48,779 nt of DNA from an uncultured Halobacteriales archaeon. Lineage in GTDB: Archaea; Halobacteriota; Halobacteria; Halobacteriales; CAZPIG01. Below are positions 17,958 to 27,404 of this stretch, in pieces (positions within the stretch are counted from its first letter, which is position 1; each line of letters opens with the position of its first letter). The notes beneath the pieces were generated by a model. It searched no databases, was not told the DNA's origin, and was given only the letters and a program-made list of their open reading frames with translations. Both the position numbers and the translations under genes were made by a program. The DNA lies in the NCBI GenBank assembly GCA_964586205.1, contig CAZPIG010000002.1:10658-59436 (forward strand), read 5' to 3'.

Positions 17958-18578
17958 CTATCCACCCTCGGGAGCCCGCGCGACGTGGATCCGCGCCGCG
18001 TGCTGGTGCGGAACGCCGCCGGAGTCGTCTTCGAAGATGGTCTCCTCGGAGTGGAGCGTCTCCCAGCCGTCGTAGTAGCCCTGTAGCTCGTCGCGGTCGA
18101 AGCGGTACTCGTCGTCGGTCGTGTCCGGGGCCGGCGGAACGTCGGGGTGGTCCACGAACGCGAAGATGGCGTGCACGCCGCCGGCGACGGTCGCTCGCTG
18201 GAAGCGCTCGAACTGCCGCCGCCGGACGGCCGGCCGGATGTACTGGACGGTGCCGGACGACGTGACAGCGTCCATCGGCCAGGGGAACTCGAACTCGTTG
18301 GCGTCCGCCCGCAGCGTCGTTATCTCCACGCCCCGCTCGGCGGCGAGTCGCTCGGCCTTCTCCAATCCCGCGGGCGAGACGTCGACCGCGTACACGTCGA
18401 AGCCGCGCTCGGCGAAGAACACCGCGTCACGGCCCTCCCCCGCCCCGAGGTCGAGTAGGCGCTCCCCGGCGGGGTCGTCGGGGAGGTAGTCCGCGGCGAG
18501 CGTGGCCAGGTCGGTCGGCTCCCTGCCCCAGTAGTACTCGTCGCGGCCGTAGACCGCCTCCCGCTCCTCGAACTCCAT
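17958..18578 (-). CDS. Class I SAM-dependent methyltransferase (TehB-like)
   Basis: Motif I LLDLGAGEGRDAVFFA, post-I DVYAVDVS. 206 aa. Confidence 0.85.
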   Translation of the reverse strand: MEFEEREAVYGRDEYYWGREPTDLATLAADYLPDDPAGERLLDLGAGEGRDAVFFAERGFDVYAVDVSPAGLEKAERLAAERGVEITTLRADANEFEFPWPMDAVTSSGTVQYIRPAVRRRQFERFQRATVAGGVHAIFAFVDHPDVPPAPDTTDDEYRFDRDELQGYYDGWETLHSEETIFEDDSGGVPHQHAARIHVARAPEGG

Positions 18579-18645
18579 GCGTGGCGGTGACGAGCGGGTG
18601 GGAAAAGGGTTCGGTCACGGCGACGACGCGTTCGTCGTCGAGCCC

Positions 18646-18804
18646 TCAGTCGTCGTCCTGACCGTCGAAGAGCTCGTCGAACACGCGCTCGCGCCGCTCG
18701 CGGGACCGTTCGCGCCCTGCCTCGATGGCCGCTTCGAGGTCGTCGGTGTCGTCCGCCCAGATGCCGGCCACCTCGGTGAACGACCGTCGACGTTCGTGTG
18801 TCAT
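18646..18804 (-). CDS. 52-aa small protein, antitoxin-like C-terminal pattern (below ORF-track threshold)
   Basis: My translation is MTHERRRSFTEVAGIWADDTDDLEAAIEAGRERSRERRERVFDELFDGQDDD. ATG at 18804-18802, stop at 18648-18646. It lies 13 nt downstream of the preceding co-oriented gene. Confidence 0.45.
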   Translation of the reverse strand: MTHERRRSFTEVAGIWADDTDDLEAAIEAGRERSRERRERVFDELFDGQDDD

Positions 18805-18817
18805 CGCTCGCCGTTCC

Positions 18818-19090
18818 CTACACCCCCTCCACCGTCTCCCGATACGCGCGCACGTGCCCCAACGCCTCCTCGACGCGCGCCGCGACGTCCTCGTCAGCGT
18901 CCTCGGCGACGTCGGCGAGGATGCGCTCGTGGCGGGCCAGTCGGCCGTGGTCGGGCCCGCGGTCGGCCTCGGCGTGGCTCGCCATCTGGTCGGCCTGGTC
19001 GGCGAGGCGGTCGCCGACGGCGGGGTCGCTCGTCGCCTCGCTGGCCTCGCCGAGCACGTCGCCCGCTTTCCGTAATTCCTCGCGGCTCAT
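18818..19090 (-). CDS. Small acidic helical protein (90 aa), haloarchaeal hypothetical
   Basis: Internal start MSREELRKAGDVLGEASEATSD within ORF 18818..19195. The composition is typical of a real halophile protein. Confidence 0.6.
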   Translation of the reverse strand: MSREELRKAGDVLGEASEATSDPAVGDRLADQADQMASHAEADRGPDHGRLARHERILADVAEDADEDVAARVEEALGHVRAYRETVEGV

Positions 19091-19234
19091 GGTCTTTGGA
19101 TTGACGTGACGGACTATAGTGATTGTCCTCGTAGTGGTGGGACAGTTCGGTGGGAGGTAGCTCTGGCCGCACTGTCGCCCGGAGCCGAAAGCCACGACGT
19201 TCCGTGAACGGAATCACCGCCCCCGCCCGACCAC

Positions 19235-19441
19235 GTGCGCACACGCGACCACCGCCGCGACCGTGAACAGCGCCAGCGCGCGGCCGTCCGGGCGGCGGTC
19301 GACCTGGGGTACTACGACCAGCCGCGACGGGCGACCCACGGGGACGTCGCCGAGCGCCTCGGCTGTGCGGCGAGTACCGCCTCCGAGTACCTCCGGAAGG
19401 CCGAGGCGAAGCTGGTGCGCGCGGCGATGGTGGGGGCGTGA
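19235..19441 (+). CDS. Stand-alone HTH_10 (bacterio-opsin-activator-type) helix-turn-helix mini-protein or gene remnant
   Basis: REQRQRAAVRAAVDLGYYDQPRRATHGDVAERLGCAASTASEYLRKAEAKLV matches the Bat-type pattern (RQ..L..A...GY(F/Y)..PR.......A..LG....T..EHLR.AE.KL). GTG start, only 68 aa. Confidence 0.55.
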   Translation: MRTRDHRRDREQRQRAAVRAAVDLGYYDQPRRATHGDVAERLGCAASTASEYLRKAEAKLVRAAMVGA

Positions 19442-19606
19442 AGCGGCGACAGCGGGAGTGGTGAGGGCGGGTCCGACGGAGCCGTCGCGACGCACGGGGA
19501 ACGAAGCGGCGACGACGACCAGTCCGGCGATTCGACCCCAAACCAGCCGCTGCCCGGACGCTTTTCCCGTCCCGGCGACAAGGAGCGCCAACCGAGTTCA
19601 CCCGGA

Positions 19607-22600
19607 ATGGCAAGCGAGCACGTCGACGATACGAAGACCGACGACCCGTCCACCGACCCCCGCGCCGACTACGACTACCGCGGCGGCTCCGTCGAGCGCC
19701 CCGACCTCGAAGCGGACCTCGCCGAGCGCGTCGCGGGCGACGTCCGCTTCGACAGCTACTCCCGCGAGCTGTACGCCACCGACGCCAGCATCTACGAGGT
19801 GACGCCCGTCGGTGTCGTCTTCCCGCGTTCGACCGCGGACGTCTCGGCGGTCGTCTCCTACTGCGCCGACCGCGGGATTCCGGTCCTGCCGCGCGGCGCG
19901 GGCACCAGCCTCGCCGGGCAGGCGGTCAACGAGGCCGTCGTCCTCGACTTCTCGCGGCACATGGGCGGCATCCTGGAGGTGGACCCCGAGGCCCGCACCG
20001 CCCGCGCCCAGCCGGGGGTCGTGCTGGCGGACCTGAACGACGCGCTGGCCGACCTCGACAGCGCGGCTACAGACCTGAACGACGCGCTTCCCCACGGCCT
20101 GAAGTTCGCGCCGGACCCGGCGTGGGGCGACAAGAGCACGCTCGGTGGGGCCATCGGGAACAACAGCACCGGCGCGCACTCGCTGCAGTACGGCAAGACC
20201 GACGCCTACGTCGAGGAGTGCGAGGTGGTCCTCGCCGACGGCACCGTGACGACCCTGGGAGAGGTCCCCCTGTCGGACCTCCGCGAGCGCGCCGACCCCG
20301 AGGGGGACGCGCTCGACCGCGTGGCCGCCGAGGTCGTCCGCGTCGTGGACGAGGAGGCCGACGCCGTCGAATCGGCGTTCCCCGACCTCAAGCGGAACGT
20401 CTCCGGGTACAATCTGGACGTGCTCGTAGAGGAGGCGCGCTCGGCCGACGACGCAGGAGCCGACGACGGCCCGACCGGAGAAAGCGCCCCCTCCACCGTC
20501 AACCTCGCCCGCCTGCTGGCGGGCAGCGAGGGTACCCTCGGCGTCGTCACGGAGGCGACCGTCTCCTTGGAGCCGGTCCCCGCCACGAAGTCGATGGCGC
20601 TGCTGGCCTACGGGGACCTCCTGGAGGCCGTGGACGACGTCGCCGCCGTCGTCGAGCACGACCCCGCGGCCGTCGAGCTGGTGGACGACGTGCTCGTGGA
20701 CCTCGCCAGCGAGACCGCCGAGTTCGCCGACGTGACCGCGATGCTGCCGGATGGCACCCGGGCGGTGCTGCTGGTGGAGTTCTACGCCGACGACGACGCG
20801 GCCGGTCGGGAGAAGGTCCGCCGGCTGCTCGAAGACCGGTGTCCGGACGCGCTGGACGGGACGGCAATGGAATCGGAAGCAGACGCCGCTGAAGAGCCAC
20901 CGGTCGCCTTCGACGCCCTGCAAGCCCACGACGACGCCGACCGCGAGCGCTTCTGGACGCTCCGCAAGTCCGGGCTGCCCATCCTGCTGTCGCGGACCAC
21001 CGACGAGAAGCACGCCTCGTTCGTCGAGGACTGCGCCGTCCCGCCCGAGCACCTCCGCGACTACGTGGCCGACGTGCGCGAGGTCCTCGACGCACACGGC
21101 ACGTACGCCAGCTTCTACGCCCACGCCGGTCCCGGCGTGCTCCACGTCCGGCCGCTGGTGAACACGAAGACCGACGAGGGTTTGGCCGACGTGGCGGCCA
21201 TCGCCGACGAGATAACGGACCTCGTGGTCGAGTACGGCGGCAGCGTCTCCGGCGAGCACGGCGACGGCCGGGCCCGCACCCAGTGGAACCGCAAGCTGTA
21301 CGGCGACCGCGTCTGGGCGCTCCACCGCGACCTCAAGGCCGCGTTCGACCCCGCGTGGCTGCTGAATCCGGGGCCCGTCGCCGGGCTGCCGCCCGAGAGC
21401 GTCCACGACGGCAGCGACGACGACGTACCCGAATCCAACGAACGCGCTGCTGTCGACGTCCCCCTCCTCACCGAGAACCTCCGGCTCCCGCCCGACTACG
21501 CCTTCGACGCGGGCTTCGACCCCGCGCTGAACTGGGACGTCGACAACGGGATGCAGGGCATGGCCGAACTGTGCCACGGTTGCGGCGGCTGTCGGGGCAG
21601 CCAGTCGAACACCGGCGGCGTCATGTGCCCGACCTACCGGGCCGCCGAGGAGGAGGTGCTCTCGACCCGCGGGCGGGCGAACCTCCTCCGGCAGGCCGCC
21701 AGCGGCGACCTCCCCGCCGGCACGCTCACGAGCGACGCCTTCGCCGAGGAGGTCCTGGACCTCTGCATCGGCTGCAAGGGCTGCGCGCGGGACTGTCCGA
21801 GCGAGGTCGATATGGCGAAGCTGAAGGCCGAGGTCGAGCACGCGCGCCACCAGCAGGAGGGGGCCGACCGCCGCGAGCGGCTGTTCGCCGCGATGGGGCG
21901 GCTGGCCCCGCTGGCGAGCGCCACCGCGCCCCTCTCGAACTGGCTGCATCGGATTCCGGGAGCCCGCGCCCTCCTGGAGCGGACGCTCGGCGTCGCCAGC
22001 GAGCCGGAGCTACCGGCGTTCCAGCGCCGGACGCTGGCGAAGTGGTTCGCCCGCCGCGGGCCGGCCGCGCCGGCCGACGGAGCTGACCGACGGGCGCTCC
22101 TCGTCCCAGACACCTTCACGAACCACGTCCACCCAGAGACGGGCCGGGCCGCCGTCCGCGTTCTCGAAGCCGCCGGCGTCCACGTCGCCGTTCCGGACGG
22201 CGTGTCGGACACGGGCCGCCCCGCGCTCTCGAAGGGCTTCCTCGACGACGCCCGCGAGGCGGCCCGAGAGACCGTGGACGCGCTCGCGCCGCGCGTCGCG
22301 GACGGCTGGGACGTGGTCGTCGCCGAGCCCTCCGACGCCGTCATGCTCCAGTCGGATTATCTGGATCTGCTGTCCGGCGAGCCCGTCGAGCGCGTGGCGG
22401 CGACCACCTACGGCGTCTGCGAGTACCTCGACGTCCACGGGCTGGACGACGCGCTCTCGTTCGACGCCCGCGACGGCCGCGGGGACGCGGCCAGCGACGC
22501 CGCGGACCACCTCGTCTACCACGGCCACTGCCACCAGAAGGCCGCGACGCGCGACCACCACGCCGTCGCACTCCTCCGGCGGGCGGGCTACCGGGTGGAC

Positions 22601-22900
22601 GCGCTCGACTCGGGTTGCTGCGGCATGGCCGGCAGCTTCGGCTACGAAGCCGAGCACCGGTCGATGAGCGAGGCCATCGCGGGCGTCCTGTTCGACCAGG
22701 TGGCCGACAGCGACGGCGAGCGGGTGGTCGCGCCGGGGGCGTCGTGCCGGAGCCAGTTCGCGTCCGGCGCGTCGGAGGATTCGGCGTTCGGCGTCGGGGA
22801 CGGGGCCTCGGCGGACGTCGGCGGGAAGGTCGACGGGAAGCCGCCCCACCCCGTCGAGATGCTCGACGCGGCGCTGGCCGGCGACGCTGCTGGAGAGTGA
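19607..22900 (+). CDS. FAD-binding plus (Fe-S)-binding oxidoreductase (GlcD-like fused to GlcF/GlpC-like; D-lactate/glycolate-type dehydrogenase)
   Basis: N-terminal FAD_binding_4 pattern (VVFPRSTADVSAVVSYCADRGIPVLPRGAGTSLAGQAV). Two ferredoxin-type clusters (CHGCGGCRG...MCPTYR; CIGCKGCARDCPS). C-terminal CCG-type Cys (GHCHQKA, DSGCCGMAGSFGYE). Confidence 0.9.
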   Translation: MASEHVDDTKTDDPSTDPRADYDYRGGSVERPDLEADLAERVAGDVRFDSYSRELYATDASIYEVTPVGVVFPRSTADVSAVVSYCADRGIPVLPRGAGTSLAGQAVNEAVVLDFSRHMGGILEVDPEARTARAQPGVVLADLNDALADLDSAATDLNDALPHGLKFAPDPAWGDKSTLGGAIGNNSTGAHSLQYGKTDAYVEECEVVLADGTVTTLGEVPLSDLRERADPEGDALDRVAAEVVRVVDEEADAVESAFPDLKRNVSGYNLDVLVEEARSADDAGADDGPTGESAPSTVNLARLLAGSEGTLGVVTEATVSLEPVPATKSMALLAYGDLLEAVDDVAAVVEHDPAAVELVDDVLVDLASETAEFADVTAMLPDGTRAVLLVEFYADDDAAGREKVRRLLEDRCPDALDGTAMESEADAAEEPPVAFDALQAHDDADRERFWTLRKSGLPILLSRTTDEKHASFVEDCAVPPEHLRDYVADVREVLDAHGTYASFYAHAGPGVLHVRPLVNTKTDEGLADVAAIADEITDLVVEYGGSVSGEHGDGRARTQWNRKLYGDRVWALHRDLKAAFDPAWLLNPGPVAGLPPESVHDGSDDDVPESNERAAVDVPLLTENLRLPPDYAFDAGFDPALNWDVDNGMQGMAELCHGCGGCRGSQSNTGGVMCPTYRAAEEEVLSTRGRANLLRQAASGDLPAGTLTSDAFAEEVLDLCIGCKGCARDCPSEVDMAKLKAEVEHARHQQEGADRRERLFAAMGRLAPLASATAPLSNWLHRIPGARALLERTLGVASEPELPAFQRRTLAKWFARRGPAAPADGADRRALLVPDTFTNHVHPETGRAAVRVLEAAGVHVAVPDGVSDTGRPALSKGFLDDAREAARETVDALAPRVADGWDVVVAEPSDAVMLQSDYLDLLSGEPVERVAATTYGVCEYLDVHGLDDALSFDARDGRGDAASDAADHLVYHGHCHQKAATRDHHAVALLRRAGYRVDALDSGCCGMAGSFGYEAEHRSMSEAIAGVLFDQVADSDGERVVAPGASCRSQFASGASEDSAFGVGDGASADVGGKVDGKPPHPVEMLDAALAGDAAGE

Positions 22901-22938
22901 CAGCACTTTTGTGCGCCCGCGGACATCTGGACGCACCG

Positions 22939-24255
22939 ATGCGTCCCCGACGAGACCTCCTCCGCTCGCTCGGCGCGGCCCTGACGGCCGGCCTCGCGGG
23001 CTGCTCCGGCGTGTTCTCCGGCGACGACCCCGAGACGCCGCTCGACGACGCGCCGCCGACCGACGGCTCGACGCCGACGCGCAGGCCGACAGCGACGCTG
23101 ACCCCGTCTCCCACGCCCTCCCCCACGCCGACCCCCGAACCGACGCCGACGTTCGGCGAAACCGTCCGGACGCCCACCTTCAACCCCGGCGGGGGCGACC
23201 TGACCGCGTTCGGCACGGAGGTCGCACTGGCGGACGGCCTCGCCGTCGCGGGGTCGCCCGCACAGGACGCCGGCAGCGTCTACGTGTTCGAGTCCGGGAG
23301 CGACCGGTGGACCCAGGCGGCGACGTTCGTGCCGGACGACGCTACCAACTTCGGCCGGGCGGTCGCGCTGGCCGGCGAGACCGTGGTCGCCGGCGCGCCG
23401 GATACCGACACGAGAGGGGCCGCCTACGTCTTCGAGCGGACCGACGACGGCTGGACCCGACAGACCCGCCTCCGGCCCCCGACCGAGGCCGACGACGAGG
23501 ACTTCCGCGACTTCGGCCGGTCGGTCGCCTACGACGGCGCGACCGCCGTCGTCGGCGAGATCGACGTGCACATCGGACCCGAAGCGTCCTTCACGGGGCA
23601 GGTGTTCGCCTTCGAGGGCTCCGGCGCGGACTGGACCGACGGGACGCGAATCACGACCGGCGACTTCGACCTGTTCGGCACCGACGTCGCGGTGGCCGGC
23701 GACCGGATGCTCGTCGGCGCGCCCCACGCCGAGACCGCTCCGGACACGAACAGCGGCGCGGTGTACGAGTACGAGCGGACCGACGGCGGGTGGCAGCAGG
23801 CGGCGACGATAGTGCCCGAGGACGCCGCCCACCACGAGCTGTTCGGCGGCACCGTCGCGCTGGACGGCACCACCGCCGTCGTCGCCGCGCCCGGCCTCGA
23901 CGGCCCCGGGGCGGCGTACGTGTTCGAGCGGACCGACGGCGGGTGGAGCCAGCAGGCGCGGCTGACGCCCGGCGCGGACGACGCGACCAACGCCGAACCG
24001 GACTCGTTCGGCGTCGCGTGCCGCGGCGACGTCGCCGTCGTCGGCGTCCCCCAGGCTCCGGAGTCGGGGCGTGCCTACACGTTCGAGCGCGTCGACGGCG
24101 AGTGGCGCGGGGTGGCGGCGCTCGTGCCCCGAGAGGCCGACCCGGCCGTCAACGACTTCGGCTGGTCGGTCGCGCTCGACGGCGACACGGCGTTCGTCGG
24201 TGCGCCTCTCGCCTCCGGCCCCCGGCGCGGGACGGGGTACCTGTTCGACGTGTAG
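22939..24255 (+). CDS. Tat-lipoprotein with FG-GAP-like beta-propeller repeats
   Basis: Start MRPRRDLLRSLGAALTAGLAGC at 22939 inside ORF 22615..24255. A P/T-rich linker is followed by repeats of the type G.AYVFER.DGGW.Q and FG..VA..G...VVGAP. Confidence 0.85.
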   Translation: MRPRRDLLRSLGAALTAGLAGCSGVFSGDDPETPLDDAPPTDGSTPTRRPTATLTPSPTPSPTPTPEPTPTFGETVRTPTFNPGGGDLTAFGTEVALADGLAVAGSPAQDAGSVYVFESGSDRWTQAATFVPDDATNFGRAVALAGETVVAGAPDTDTRGAAYVFERTDDGWTRQTRLRPPTEADDEDFRDFGRSVAYDGATAVVGEIDVHIGPEASFTGQVFAFEGSGADWTDGTRITTGDFDLFGTDVAVAGDRMLVGAPHAETAPDTNSGAVYEYERTDGGWQQAATIVPEDAAHHELFGGTVALDGTTAVVAAPGLDGPGAAYVFERTDGGWSQQARLTPGADDATNAEPDSFGVACRGDVAVVGVPQAPESGRAYTFERVDGEWRGVAALVPREADPAVNDFGWSVALDGDTAFVGAPLASGPRRGTGYLFDV

Positions 24256-24345
24256 ACGGTGTTTTCGACGCGTAGGCGGTTTCTCCGACGTGTAAGCGAT
24301 GTTTTCGACGTGTAAGCGATGTCTTCGACGTGTAGGCGGCGCGCA
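24246..24345. repeat. Five tandem 20-bp units, consensus CGACGTGTARGCGRTGTYTT
   Basis: The units are 24246 cgacgtgtagacggtgtttt, 24266 cgacgcgtaggcggtttctc, 24286 cgacgtgtaagcgatgtttt, 24306 cgacgtgtaagcgatgtctt and 24326 cgacgtgtaggcggcgcgca. The first unit contains the stop codon of the FG-GAP gene. Confidence 0.9.
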
Positions 24346-24489
24346 TAGGACGGTCGCCGATGTCGTAGACCCCGGGCGGTCCACCCCGACCACTGCCGGA
24401 GCCACCGGAAAACCCTTTTTTGCCGCTCGACCGAAACTCACCTCTAGATGGTTTTACCTCCCTGGTCGGCTTCGGGATTCGGCCTCTCT

Positions 24490-26133
24490 ATGAGATACCG
24501 CCGCATCGTCTACTACCTCGCCGGCCTCGCGACGCTCGTCCTCGTGTACACGGTGCTGTACAACGTCGCGATGGCGCGCCTCGAGGGCGTGAACCAGTCG
24601 ATGTTCGCGTCGTTCGAGTTCGTCGTCCAGACGATGACGACGACCGGGTACGGCCAGGACTCGGACGTATGGAGCCACCCGCTGATGTTCCTGCTGGTGA
24701 GTGCGACCCAGATCACCGGCATCGGCATCGGCTTCTTCACCCTCCGTCTCATCGTCATCCCGCTGTTCACGGACGCCGAGGTCGACCTCGACGACCGCCT
24801 GTCCCCCAAGGCGGACCACGTCGTCATCTGCGAGTATCGCCGCGACTCCGCCGTCCTCCTGGAGGAACTCCGGGAACTCGGCATCGACCACGTGCTGCTG
24901 TCCTCGTCCCGGGAGGACGCCAAAGCCCTCTCCGACGCCGGCTACGCCGCCATCCACGGGTCGCCACGGGACGCCGACGCCCTCGAGCGCGCGAGCGTCG
25001 ACGAAGCACGGGCGGTCATCACGGACGCCGGGGACGCCAACGTCGAGACTATCGTGACGGTCCGGTCGGTTCGCCCCGACGTCGAGGTGGTCGCGCTGAC
25101 CGACGACAGCGACCTGCGGGACGTGCTGTCCGACGTCGGCGCGGACAGCGTGCTGTCGCCCCACGAGGTCCTCGGCCGCCGCCTCGCGGAGAAGGCGGTC
25201 GCCTCGTTCAGCGCGGAGCTGACGGACACCATCGGTCTGGGAGCGGACGTCGAGGTGATGGAGATACCCGTCCAGCACGGGAGCGAACTGGTCGGCGTCC
25301 GCGTCCGGGAGTCGCGGGTCAGGGAGCGAACGGGGGCGCACATCATCGGGGCCTGGATAGACGGCGAGCTACAGCTTCCGCCCGACCCCGACGCGGTCAT
25401 CCGGCCCAACACCGTCCTGCTGGTGTCGGGAGACCGGACCGCACTCGAGGAGCTGAGTGACTTCACCCGGCCGACGCGCCTGACCCGCCGGCACGAGCGC
25501 ATCGTGGTCGCCGGGCTGGGGGAGGTCGGCCGCGCCGCCCGGTCGGTCGTCGAGGAGCGGGGATTGGACATCGCGACCATCGACCACGAGGACCGCGACG
25601 ACGTCGACGTGGTGGGCGACGCCGCTTCGCGGGCCGTGCTCCGGGAGGCCGGCGTCGAGGACGCGGGCGCGGTCATCGTCGCGCTCCCCGACGATTCGGC
25701 GGCTCTGCTGACGACGGTGCTGGCGCGGTCGCTGAACCCCGACGTCGAGGTGCTCACGCGGGTCAACGACACGGACGCCACACCGAAGGCGCTGAGCGCC
25801 GGTGCCGACTACGTGCTCTCCGTGCCACGGGTGAGCGCGCGGATGGTGGCGCGGGAGCTCCGGGGCGAGGACGTGGTCGCGCCGGCGAGCCAGATACGGC
25901 TCGTCCGCGTTCCCGCGGGTCCGTTCGCCGGGTCGACGCTCGCCGATTCGGACATCTACGAGGCGACCGGCTGTCGCGTGGTCGCCATCGAAGACGAGTC
26001 CGGCCTCTCCATCGACGTCGAGCCCGACTACCGGTTCGCCGGCGACGAGCGGCTCGTGCTCGTCGGGAGCGACGAGGCGGTCCAGGCGTTCCTCAAGCGG
26101 TTCGACGTCTCGCCGACGCAGGCGACCGCGTGA
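24490..26133 (+). CDS. K+ channel with tandem RCK/TrkA domains (alternative start 24448)
   Basis: 2-TM pore with selectivity filter TTTGYG. Two RCK-N Rossmann segments (HVVICEY..., IVVAGLGEVGR) and TrkA-C-like segments. Confidence 0.9.
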   Translation: MRYRRIVYYLAGLATLVLVYTVLYNVAMARLEGVNQSMFASFEFVVQTMTTTGYGQDSDVWSHPLMFLLVSATQITGIGIGFFTLRLIVIPLFTDAEVDLDDRLSPKADHVVICEYRRDSAVLLEELRELGIDHVLLSSSREDAKALSDAGYAAIHGSPRDADALERASVDEARAVITDAGDANVETIVTVRSVRPDVEVVALTDDSDLRDVLSDVGADSVLSPHEVLGRRLAEKAVASFSAELTDTIGLGADVEVMEIPVQHGSELVGVRVRESRVRERTGAHIIGAWIDGELQLPPDPDAVIRPNTVLLVSGDRTALEELSDFTRPTRLTRRHERIVVAGLGEVGRAARSVVEERGLDIATIDHEDRDDVDVVGDAASRAVLREAGVEDAGAVIVALPDDSAALLTTVLARSLNPDVEVLTRVNDTDATPKALSAGADYVLSVPRVSARMVARELRGEDVVAPASQIRLVRVPAGPFAGSTLADSDIYEATGCRVVAIEDESGLSIDVEPDYRFAGDERLVLVGSDEAVQAFLKRFDVSPTQATA

Positions 26134-26277
26134 CCGCCCGCCGGTCATCGCGCTCTCCGTTCGAGCGGCCCGCTCGACGGCAGTTGCCGGCCGGCCGTCG
26201 GAGTGGCGACGGTCGTCGGTGCGGCGATAGCCTTCGGAGCGGCGACGAGCGGCGGAGCGACGACGAGCGGCGGGGAC

Positions 26278-26778
26278 TCACCCGTCCGGCGTCGCGTCGG
26301 ACTCCGGCCCGCTCCCACCTTCGCTCCCTGGCTGGGGTCCGCCGCCGGTCTGGGCCTCCTGGGCCTCGCCCCAGCCGCCGGCGTCGTACAGCTCGAACAG
26401 CTCCCCCCAGTCGCCGTCGTCCTCGCTCTCGGGTAGCGAGTCCCGTAGCTGCCAGAAGTCCGATTCGGGCACCTGGCTCGCCACGAAGTCCACGACGACC
26501 TGCGCCTGGTAGGCCGCGTCCGGCGGCTCCTCGCCCGTTATCTCGCTCACCCGCTGGACGAACTCCCGCCAGTCGAAGCGCTCGCCGTGCTCCTCGGGCG
26601 CGCCGGTCACGTACCAGCGTATCTCCATCGGGAGCGAGCCGGCGAGGTCCTCGGCCTGGCCCTCGGGAATGCGCCGGCCGAGGGTCATCAGCGTCGCCCG
26701 GATGGCCCGGACCGTCTCGCCGGTGCCCGGAAGCTCCAGTCGGTGCTGCACCGTCCCCGTGAACTCGTCGAAGTTCAT
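26278..26778 (-). CDS. DUF2267-family protein
   Basis: MNFDEFTGTVQHRLELPGTGETVRAIRATLMTLGRRIPEGQAEDLAGSLPMEI matches my recollection of the DUF2267 N-terminal pattern. Acidic G-rich tail. Confidence 0.7.
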   Translation of the reverse strand: MNFDEFTGTVQHRLELPGTGETVRAIRATLMTLGRRIPEGQAEDLAGSLPMEIRWYVTGAPEEHGERFDWREFVQRVSEITGEEPPDAAYQAQVVVDFVASQVPESDFWQLRDSLPESEDDGDWGELFELYDAGGWGEAQEAQTGGGPQPGSEGGSGPESDATPDG

Positions 26779-26877
26779 GCAGTCTCCCCCCTGCTCGTTG
26801 GAACGGCGCGCGCGAAGGTAAATCCGCTGCCCGCCACCCTCGAACCGGGAGCGCCGGCTCGAATCAGAATCCGACAG

Positions 26878-27297
26878 TCAGTCCTCGGTCGAGGTCTTCT
26901 CGACGTCCAGCTCGCCGCGGTGGATGGCCGCGCCGTCCTGGGCCACCTTCTCCGCCAGGACGGCGCACTTGACCCGCATCGGGCTGATGTCGACCCCCAG
27001 GAGGTCGATGACGTCGTCGCGGTCCATCTCGTCGAGTTCGGAGAGGGTCGCGCCCTCGAGCTGCTGGCTCAGCATGCTCGCGCTGGCCTGGCTGATGGCG
27101 CAGCCGTCGCCGCGGAACGCGATGGCCTCGATGGTCTTGCCGTCCTCGCCCAGCCGGACATCGATGGTTATCTCGTCGCCGCACATCGGGTTCTCCCCGA
27201 CGTGGCTGAAGGTGGGGTCCTCGAGCTCCCCGTAGTTGCGGGGGTTCTTGTAGTGGTCGAGGATCTGCTGGCGATACATGTCCGAACCCATGCTCAT
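26878..27297 (-). CDS. sufU: SufU/IscU-type Fe-S cluster scaffold
   Basis: YRQQILDHYKNPRNYGEL, then the three conserved Cys (NPMCGDEI, GDGCAISQASASM, RVKCAVLA). Start MSMGSD at 27297 inside ORF 26878..27345. Confidence 0.9.
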   Translation of the reverse strand: MSMGSDMYRQQILDHYKNPRNYGELEDPTFSHVGENPMCGDEITIDVRLGEDGKTIEAIAFRGDGCAISQASASMLSQQLEGATLSELDEMDRDDVIDLLGVDISPMRVKCAVLAEKVAQDGAAIHRGELDVEKTSTED

Positions 27298-27404
27298 GGT
27301 GACTTCGGGTATGTGTGTCCGGTGTAAAAGGGTTCCGTCGGACACCCGGACGTGGCAGTTCGTCGGCGAACGTCGGCCTCCGCGTATCGACCGTCACGCA
27401 CCGC

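Noticed and set aside
19598-21949. 783-aa minus-strand ORF
   Set aside because: It is antisense to the well-supported FAD/Fe-S oxidoreductase. The composition is R/G/A/V-rich, there are no motifs, and the GC3 pattern favours the plus-strand gene.
24246-24345. CRISPR array interpretation of the 20-bp tandem repeats (also 44547-44647)
   Set aside because: The units abut directly with no unique spacers, the period is only about 20 bp, the units are degenerate, and no cas genes are present.
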